From: Arenicellales bacterium
GTDB taxonomy: Bacteria; Pseudomonadota; Gammaproteobacteria; Arenicellales; Poriferihabitantaceae
Reading direction: 5' to 3'
DNA: 64,000 bases
Assembly (NCBI GenBank): GCA_963693025.1
Contig: OY843749.1
Location: forward strand, 2,381,615-2,445,614
Shown here: positions 57,708 through 64,000 of the stretch, in pieces
Layout of the letters: each line of letters starts with the position of its first letter
Numbering within the stretch: position 1 is the stretch's first letter
Position numbers and translations under genes: made by a program
The notes under the pieces: generated by a model
Told to the model about the DNA's origin: nothing
The model's input: the letters and a program-made list of their open reading frames with translations, nothing else
Database searches by the model: none

Positions 57708-58578
57708 CACTCCCCCCACCACAAATAAGGTTTAATCAACCCAATAAAATGCCCCTTTTCCTCTTCCGTCATTTTAGCCGGATTAGTTTTTTCGGTGGTG
57801 CCGTCGGCGAAGGTTACATCATTCGCGGTGCGGTGGCGGATGGGTTTGGCTAGGGTGTTTGATAGGGATTCGGCGATGTCTATGTCGGGGTAGAGGTTGT
57901 TGAGTTTGATTTCCAGTTTGGTTTTGCTTTTGTTGGGTTGTACGGCGTGGGCGAGTTTGTCGTCGGCGAAGAATACGTATTGTTCGAATGGGGATTTTGC
58001 GCTGTCCAGTTCTAGTTGTTTGCCGTCTTGGTAGTGGGATTTTTTCAGGGTTTCTTCGTATTGTTCCAGGCCGTAGTATTTGAGGAGGTGGCTGACGCCT
58101 TCACGGGAAACGGGTTTTCCGTCTCGCCAGTCTTTGGAGTAGACCACTTTCTTTATGCGCGGGAGTAGCACGGTGTGAAAATAGTCTCCCATTTCGATGA
58201 GCAGATATTTTCGGTTGCCGCCGTCTTCGCGGTTGAGGTTGATGACTGCGTGGGCGGTGGTGCCGGAGCCGGCGAAAAAATCAACAACAAAACCTACTCC
58301 TTCCTCTGTCCCGGCGCTGATTAACTCAATATAGAAAAACACTGAATGGGAATACGGAAAATTCTCCAACCCTAATTTATCAAGGTCTGCTTTGCCTCGC
58401 CGGGTTTCCTGCATGACCGAAGTGATTTGATTTTTTGAGTCTTCCAATAAAACGCGCTTTTGCCGAGGCTGTGTCGTTTCATCAGACCCGAAAATAATTT
58501 CTCCTTTTTTTAGCATCATCTGAAGCGTTTCAGGTGTGCGGGAAAAACCATTTGGCGGGACAGAGCAGGGTTTGCCGG
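57708..58578. repeat. Repeat A, copy 1 (871 bp), near-identical to 60695-61565
   Basis: Constant offset of 2987 bp between copies at both ends. Only a handful of substitutions by eye (6 aa changes in 288 codons). Confidence 0.9.
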
Positions 58579-58757
58579 AAACCCAGTCATGCGTTTCCCC
58601 ATAATAAAGAAACAACGCCCGCGCGGCTTTTTGCAAGGCATCCGTTTGATAGTCGTATAACGTTTTCTCAACAGAAAACCGCTCATCCTCGGGTACTCGC
58701 CAAGTTTCCGGCAGATCTCCGTAGTTGAGATGTTGGGTTAGGGGTTCAAGGTGTGGT
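58574..58757. repeat. Repeat B, copy 2 (helicase-5'-like segment inside the chimeric ORF)
   Basis: See repeat B copy 1. More diverged than repeat A. Confidence 0.8.
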
Positions 58758-59309
58758 TGCATTATCCGAAAGTCGTTTTTTCAAAACTTTAGCCGTTAAC
58801 ACACTCACATCGTCCAACAAAATTTCTCCCAGAGCCCCTTTCAAGTCTCCCTTTAAGGAGGCTGCTTGATTATCAAAATATCTTCGTTCATCCGCCGTAT
58901 CTATGCTACTGGCAACAAGCCAAAACTGATACCCCTTGCTTTCAATCAGCTGCTTTGCGCTGTCACATTTTGCCGACAAACGGCATAAAACCAGCATGGC
59001 ACCGTAGGCTTTTAATTGCATTTCATTTCGGATGAGTTTATTTACGATTTCATTTTGGTCTTTCTTATTGAGATAGTGATATTCGCCTCTGATTTTATTT
59101 ACAGTTTTTGATAACTGCGTCTCTTCGATGAGGATAATAGATTGGGCACTCACCACAAAATAATCGCAACAATGGCAAGTTCCCAAATCAATCGTTTTTC
59201 GCATATCCTTTTTCGCGTCGGAACTGTCCATCGCGTATGCGTTGTATTTTTTTCCAAGAGGTCGTCCGACAACCTTTATTGGCACAATGAAACGGTCGAG
59301 AGACATCAC
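58746..59309 (-). CDS. Hypothetical 187-aa partner protein of the ABC-type ATPase
   Basis: The ATG overlaps the ATPase stop (4 nt). Contains CHCCDYFVVSAQSIILIEETQLSK, a possible degenerate restriction-endonuclease-like D...E.(K/Q) core (speculative). No family recognised. Confidence 0.55.
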   Translation of the reverse strand: MMSLDRFIVPIKVVGRPLGKKYNAYAMDSSDAKKDMRKTIDLGTCHCCDYFVVSAQSIILIEETQLSKTVNKIRGEYHYLNKKDQNEIVNKLIRNEMQLKAYGAMLVLCRLSAKCDSAKQLIESKGYQFWLVASSIDTADERRYFDNQAASLKGDLKGALGEILLDDVSVLTAKVLKKRLSDNATTP

Positions 59310-60658
59310 AAGCCAGCCACGTATAAATCAGCAAATGGCTTGGTCAACTCTTGCTTAATGTCTGCTATCTTATCGCTAAAATTCTGCTCGTTGGTTGCGT
59401 CGCCATTGACCGGGAATTTATTCAAGGCAACCAGTTTTTCATCGTCGGGATTATTTTTTACATGCACTTCCAGCCATTTCAGAATATCTGCGCTGTGGGT
59501 GGCGATGACGACATTGGCGCCGCCTTTTGCCAAATCAAACAAGGCTTCCGCCATCTCAACTTGCCAAGCAGGATGCAGGTGTGCTTCGGGTTCGTCAATG
59601 AAAATGACAGAGTTCTTGCCTAATATCTTGCGTTCAATCAACAATGCCAGAATGCCGAGGTTGGCAGTCCCTGTGGCGGTTGCCGACATCGGAAAACTGC
59701 GGTCGTTTTCTTGGAATCGCAATTCACCAAGTCCCGAAATTTCAATTTTGCCGCCGAGAACATCTTTTCCGGTCAGCCTTTCATATACTTCCGGAAAAAC
59801 AATGTCGCCTTTGTATCTAGATCTCAACGCATCCACCAGGTTATAAAAATATTCCGGAACCCCACTAAGCCGCTTCTCATCCCGTCTTGAGGAATCAAAA
59901 CGAATGCTTTCAAGTGCGGTTTTTAATTTGGAATAGACAGGGGATTCTAAGTAAATAAGGTTGGAAAATTCCGGCAACCGAGCACTAGTTATAGTGCAAT
60001 CCATTTCCCCATTTTCAATTTCGAATTTGCCAAATTCACCGCTCTCAAATTTAGCCGGTATATCTTTCGTCCCGCGCAAGTCAGAAAGTTTTTCTACTTG
60101 AAAATTTGCAATTAAACTTTCTGTGATTCGTTCTCTTATAACAGAGTTTATTAATCCAGTTGCGTCATCAAGTTGCCTTTCTAGTAAATTAAAAATGGGC
60201 TCAAGTGCACTGAAATCATTCAACGCAATTTTATTTGCCCAAGGTTCGATAGAACTACGGACATCTGGAAGCATTTCTTTTATGTCTCTTATTCCTATTT
60301 TAATATCGGCCAGATAGCCGTCCATCTTCCTTGGATCGGCGAGCGGAGCGTACTCTATTATACTCTTCAACCTTAAAATCTCCTTGCGTAGTTTTCTTAT
60401 CTCTTCGGTATTTTGTTTCGGATTTTCGCCTCTTTCTATGTAATCCAGAATCGGCTCAATCGAAACAAAATAACCCCAATGTCCCCCTATCTGGTGTCCA
60501 ACAGATGTTGAGTTCATGACATCGAGAATCGAATACAAAAATTTAGAAACAAAACTCTTCCCCGTATTATTCGGTCCCGCAAACACGGTGAACCGCCCAA
60601 TGCGAATTGTCGCATCGGTTAGTTTGCCGATATTCTCAATGTGCAAGTCAAAATTCAT
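59306..60658 (-). CDS. ABC/SMC-like AAA ATPase (AAA_15/AAA_21 type, as in the OLD/Gabija/Septu/PARIS ATPase class)
   Basis: Walker A FAGPNNTGKS near the N-terminus. Walker B plus D-loop/H-loop VIFIDEPEAHLHP...VVIATHS near the C-terminus, with a ~300-aa helical insertion between. Start at MNFDLHIENIG (60658), with GGAGA SD. Confidence 0.75.
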   Translation of the reverse strand: MNFDLHIENIGKLTDATIRIGRFTVFAGPNNTGKSFVSKFLYSILDVMNSTSVGHQIGGHWGYFVSIEPILDYIERGENPKQNTEEIRKLRKEILRLKSIIEYAPLADPRKMDGYLADIKIGIRDIKEMLPDVRSSIEPWANKIALNDFSALEPIFNLLERQLDDATGLINSVIRERITESLIANFQVEKLSDLRGTKDIPAKFESGEFGKFEIENGEMDCTITSARLPEFSNLIYLESPVYSKLKTALESIRFDSSRRDEKRLSGVPEYFYNLVDALRSRYKGDIVFPEVYERLTGKDVLGGKIEISGLGELRFQENDRSFPMSATATGTANLGILALLIERKILGKNSVIFIDEPEAHLHPAWQVEMAEALFDLAKGGANVVIATHSADILKWLEVHVKNNPDDEKLVALNKFPVNGDATNEQNFSDKIADIKQELTKPFADLYVAGL

Positions 60659-60681
60659 AAGATGTCTCCAGTGTGCCAAGC

Positions 60682-60711
60682 ATTATACGCCTAGCACTCC
60701 CCCCACCACAA
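60682..60711 (-). promoter_or_regulatory. Candidate promoter for the ATPase/partner module
   Basis: The minus strand reads TTGTGG (60711-60706), 18-nt spacer, consensus TATAAT (60687-60682), about 24 nt upstream of the ATPase ATG and straddling the Mod stop. Identified by pattern only. Confidence 0.35.
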
Positions 60712-63315
60712 ATAAGGTTTAATCAACCCAATAAAATGCCGCTTCTCCTGTTCCGTCATTTTTGCCGGGTTGGTTTTTTCGGTGGTGCCGTCGGCGAAGG
60801 TTACATCATTCGCGGTGCGGTGGCGGATGGGTTTGGCTAGGGTGTTTGATAGGGATTCGGCGATGTCTATGTCGGGGTAGAGGTTGTTGAGTTTGATTTC
60901 CAGTTTGGTTTTGCTTTTGTTGGGTTGTATGGCGTGGGCGAGTTTGTCGTCGCTGAAGAATATGTATTGTTCGAATGGGGATTTTGCGCTGTCCAGTTCG
61001 AGTTGTTTGCCGTCTTGGTAGTGGGATTTTTTCAGGGTTTCTTCGTATTGTTCCAAGCCGTAGTATTTGAGGAGGTGGCTGACGCCTTCACGGGAAACGG
61101 GTTTTCCGTCTCGCCAGTCTTTGGAGTAGACCACTTTCTTTATGCGCGGGAGTAGCACGGTGTGAAAATAGTCTCCCATTTCGATAAGCAGATATTTTCG
61201 GTTGCCGCCGTCTTCGCGGTTGAGGTTGATGACTGCGTGGGCGGTGGTGCCGGAGCCGGCGAAAAAATCAACAACAAAACCTACTCCTTCCTCTGTCCCG
61301 GCGCTGATTAACTCAATATAGAAAAACACTGAATGGGAATACGGAAAATTCTCCAACCCCAGTTTATCAAGGTCTGCTTTGCCTCGTCGGGTTTCCTGCA
61401 TTACCGAAGTGATTTGATTTTTTGAGTCTTCCAATAAAACGCGCTTTTGCCGAGGCTGTGTCGTTTCATCAGACCCGAAAATAATTTCTCCTTTTTTTAG
61501 CATCATCTGAAGCGTTTCAGGTGTGCGGGAAAAACCATTTGGCGGAACGGGGCAAGGCTTGCCGGATACCGGATGAGTTAACGGCTTAAAAAATTTCTGG
61601 TCTGTTCGTGGTTCCGGCGCTCTTAAACTTACGCTTTGATAAATACATCCCTGTTCATCCAAAAAACAATACGCCTGCTCACCTCCGCTCAACTTGGAAT
61701 TATTCCTAACCCAGTCAGCGTATTGCTGTTTGGTTTGCTCGGTAACACCCCCTTGTTTTTTTATCAACTGCGCGGCTTTTTTCAACATCACTTCAATATT
61801 TTTGCTTTGAAGATTAATCGTCTGCCCGTTCTTCGACCTGCATATGACATACTCGTGCTGATTGGCGATACCATGCCCTCCGGTCATGGGATTCCGCTTA
61901 TCCCAAATGATAGTTCCGGCATTGAGTAAATCAATGTCATCCACGAGTAAATGCAACCTTTCATATTCGTTCTCATCAATATGGCACAAAAATAAACCGT
62001 CTCCCGACAACATTTCCAAAGAGCCGCCAATACGATTTTCCATCATCGTCAACCAACTGGAATGTTGATATTCGTTACGATAAAGAAACCCGCTTGTCTT
62101 GGTGTTATACGGCGGATCTATATGAATACACTTCACTTTCCCCTCATACCGCCGCCGCAAACTATTCAACGCCTGCCAATTCTCGCTATGCACCAACTCC
62201 CCATCCAACACCTCATCCAAATTCCCCAACCCGTCAAGAATTTCCAATTCCAACTCCTTGAAATGCTTTGTATCCAACGGCAGAAATCGGTAATCGCCGC
62301 CCGCGCCGTTTTTGTCTGCCATGCTTTTCTGTCCGTTGAAAATTGCCTGCATTGAAAACGATTCATCCACCATCCCCAGTTCCCGCCATTCTTTTATTTG
62401 CGCTTTTGCGCCTTTGTGTTGGGTTATCTTTTTTAGAACCGCGTCCGTCAGTTTGTCCAGCGTGACGACATAGTTCACTCCGCGCACAAACTTCGGTTTT
62501 TCCCACACGCGGCGCAGTTCATCTTCAAACTGGGCGATGAAGTTGATGATGTCGTAGGCGGTGTCTTTGATGGCTTGAATTTGCGTAATTCTTTTTTCCT
62601 CAAAGATGGTGACTTCTTGAAAGATGTATTGATACGCCCACAAGTCAAACTGCTCGCGCAGAAACCCTCCCGCGTCTTTGTTGATGAAAAAGTCCGCTTC
62701 GGTCTGGCGGCGAAACACGCCGGTGGCTTTTGTCAGATGCTCGTCGGTGAGTGAGACGCCGGCTTTGCGCGATTGCTTGAGGATGTCATCGGTTTTGGTT
62801 CTTGTGCCGCGGCTGGAATACGCAACCCTGAGATGAACAACCCGCCCCTCCTTCTCCCGCTTCACTTCACCAAAGGCAAAAATAAACTCGCGCCGTTCGT
62901 TGTTCTTTTTATGCTCAACTTCGGAAGCGTCAAAATAAAACCGCCGCGTGTTTTGCGGTTGCCCTTCCTCGCTCAACGTCACCGGCATGGAGCGCACCAG
63001 CACATCGGACTTGACGTAGTAGAGCATCCGCGTCTTCCACGACAACGCGACATCCTGCCCGTCCGCATACACGCGCTCGTATGTTTTGCGAAAAGCCGAA
63101 AGGTGGCGGAAGTAAATCGAGCCGCTTTCGCAGAAGTAGCAACTGAAGAAGGTGTAGAGTTTGTCGAACAGTTCCTCGCGAAAGTTGGTGTCTTTTTCCG
63201 CGCGCTTGTCGATGCTCTCCATCAGTTTCGGGCGGATGGAGCGAAAATAGTCGCGCTTCATTCGCATCAAGTTGACGAAGCCGGAATCGCCCTCCACTTC
63301 GGCGCCGGTGAACAA
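60691..63315 (-). CDS. Type III Mod-like beta-class DNA methyltransferase (N6_N4 type), probably 5'-truncated
   Basis: Catalytic IHIDPPYNT precedes SAM motif FFAGSGTTAHA (IV-then-I order, as in Type III Mod). The only canonical start is a TTG with no SD. The frame stays open 27 more codons (..LNINTPAKEKRFLDALES) up to a stop at 63397-63399, next to the flanking repeat. Confidence 0.7.
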   Translation of the reverse strand: MFTGAEVEGDSGFVNLMRMKRDYFRSIRPKLMESIDKRAEKDTNFREELFDKLYTFFSCYFCESGSIYFRHLSAFRKTYERVYADGQDVALSWKTRMLYYVKSDVLVRSMPVTLSEEGQPQNTRRFYFDASEVEHKKNNERREFIFAFGEVKREKEGRVVHLRVAYSSRGTRTKTDDILKQSRKAGVSLTDEHLTKATGVFRRQTEADFFINKDAGGFLREQFDLWAYQYIFQEVTIFEEKRITQIQAIKDTAYDIINFIAQFEDELRRVWEKPKFVRGVNYVVTLDKLTDAVLKKITQHKGAKAQIKEWRELGMVDESFSMQAIFNGQKSMADKNGAGGDYRFLPLDTKHFKELELEILDGLGNLDEVLDGELVHSENWQALNSLRRRYEGKVKCIHIDPPYNTKTSGFLYRNEYQHSSWLTMMENRIGGSLEMLSGDGLFLCHIDENEYERLHLLVDDIDLLNAGTIIWDKRNPMTGGHGIANQHEYVICRSKNGQTINLQSKNIEVMLKKAAQLIKKQGGVTEQTKQQYADWVRNNSKLSGGEQAYCFLDEQGCIYQSVSLRAPEPRTDQKFFKPLTHPVSGKPCPVPPNGFSRTPETLQMMLKKGEIIFGSDETTQPRQKRVLLEDSKNQITSVMQETRRGKADLDKLGLENFPYSHSVFFYIELISAGTEEGVGFVVDFFAGSGTTAHAVINLNREDGGNRKYLLIEMGDYFHTVLLPRIKKVVYSKDWRDGKPVSREGVSHLLKYYGLEQYEETLKKSHYQDGKQLELDSAKSPFEQYIFFSDDKLAHAIQPNKSKTKLEIKLNNLYPDIDIAESLSNTLAKPIRHRTANDVTFADGTTEKTNPAKMTEQEKRHFIGLIKPYLWWGEC
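60695..61565. repeat. Repeat A, copy 2 (3' 871 bp of the Mod gene)
   Basis: See repeat A copy 1. Confidence 0.9.
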
Positions 63316-63437
63316 GGATTCCAGCGCATCCAGGAAGCGTTTTTCTTTTGCCGGGGTGTTGATGTTCAGTCTCCGGTGTCGGTCGCACGGGGGAATTTAA
63401 GCGGATGTCGTATTTTACCGCTTTGGGGCCCCTTTGT

Positions 63438-63838
63438 CGTCATTCTCGAACGGTAGAAAAATAACCCCCAACTCCGTCATTCTCGAGCGTTAGTGTCCGT
63501 TGCCGCCGCGCTTTTTCTTTTAGCGGCGGCTTACCGGACACTTGCGTCCTCGGGAATCTCCCTAAGGTTGGCACGGATTCAAACGGAGCGGGCGAAGCAG
63601 GCGGCGAGTAAGCCGCCGTTCCAACGCCACACATCCAAGACACATGGATTCCGGCTCAAAAGACTGCCGGAATGGCGGGGTTTGGGTTTCTCGCTTGCAA
63701 GAAAGCGGGAATGACGGCGGGGGTTTTGGTGAAGTCCGCGGTAGGCTTAGGGAGATTCCCGAGGTCGTAAGCGCCCGTAAGCCGCTACGCGGCAACGGGC
63801 ACTAACGCTCGAGAATGACGGGTGGTTGGGAATGACGA
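63438..63838. repeat. GTCATTCTCGA-family repeat, locus 9 (right border of the 13.3 kb island)
   Basis: Head unit CGTCATTCTCGAACGGTAGAAAAATAA, then an inverted-orientation body CGTCATTCTCGAGCGTTAGTGTCCGTTGCCGCCGCGC...CTTAGGGAGATTCCCGAGG...CGCTCGAGAATGACGG, then GGTTGGGAATGACGAG. Confidence 0.9.
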
Positions 63839-63862
63839 GTAGTGTGTGCTTCCCAACAAAAT

Positions 63863-64000
63863 TCACCCGCCCCCATCCACCCCCGCCCGTCTCATCTCCT
63901 CCATCATTCGCTTCATCCCGCCCCTTTTATTCATCTTCTTCATCATCTTTTGCATTTGCAGGAATTGTTTCAGCAGGCGGTTGATGTCTTGGACTTGGGT
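63863..64000 (-). CDS. ffh: Signal recognition particle protein Ffh, 3' end only (gene continues beyond the window)
   Basis: My translation of the minus strand from the window edge is ..TQVQDINRLLKQFLQMQKMMKKMNKRGGMKRMMEEMRRAGVDGGG*. This is the Met-rich M-domain C-terminus typical of Ffh. Too short to appear in the ORF track. Confidence 0.7.
   Translation of the reverse strand, partial: TQVQDINRLLKQFLQMQKMMKKMNKRGGMKRMMEEMRRAGVDGGG

Larger units (their letters stand above)
57707..58762 (-). pseudogene. Chimeric ORF: helicase N-terminal 63 aa fused in frame to the C-terminal 288 aa of the Mod methyltransferase (recombination relic)
   Basis: aa 1-63 parallel the helicase N-terminus. aa 64-351 differ at only 6 positions from Mod aa 586-873. 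The ORF retains the SAM motif FFAGSGTT but lacks DPPY. The junction is at a GCCGG microhomology (58574-58578, also at 52862-52866 and 61561-61565). Confidence 0.8.

Overview
High-GC (about 60-65% G+C, estimated by eye and not computed) proteobacterial chromosomal segment. All calls come from reading the sequence and ORF track; no searches were run.

Backbone genes:
- The 3' 8.1 kb of a giant repeat-module autotransporter adhesin.
- rpmH-rnpA-yidD-yidC-mnmE.
- A MotA/ExbB-like plus MotB/ExbD-like pair translationally fused onto mnmG.
- gor, cytochrome c5, a crotonase and an IDH/IPMDH-family dehydrogenase.
- dpaL, an LctP-family permease and an M24 peptidase.
- rluB-scpB-scpA-trpS-yciO-pcnB, an orphan hicB and tRNA-Glu(CUC).
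- A family-4 UDG, leuA, pssA-psd, ilvC, ilvIH and the 3' tip of ffh.

Superimposed accessory layers:
1. A modular, heavily palindromic MITE/REP-like intergenic repeat family (termini GTCATTCTCGA / TCGAGAATGAC) at about 10 loci, roughly 5% of the window.
2. An IS1595-family and an IS1182-family element, both inserted into the same short repeat unit.
3. Three AT-rich islands, each touching these repeats: an unrecognised 3-gene cassette (20.7-23.6 kb), a DUF3800 plus membrane-protein pair (42.4-44.0 kb), and a 13.3 kb defence-type island (50.1-63.4 kb).

Headline candidate: inside the 13.3 kb island, four genes form an operon with no intergenic space. They encode a DNA methyltransferase, a protein combining a MORC/Hsp90-like GHKL domain with a complete histidine-kinase core, a CheY-like receiver-domain protein with an unknown output domain, and an SF2 helicase fused to a PD-(D/E)xK nuclease. 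This looks like a phosphorelay-type signalling pair wired into a restriction-like effector.

The same island also carries:
- An apparently 5'-eroded Type III-like Mod gene.
- An ABC-type ATPase plus small-partner module.
- A chimeric helicase-5'::Mod-3' ORF, whose 871-bp and roughly 180-bp repeats record cargo exchange between the mod and res genes.
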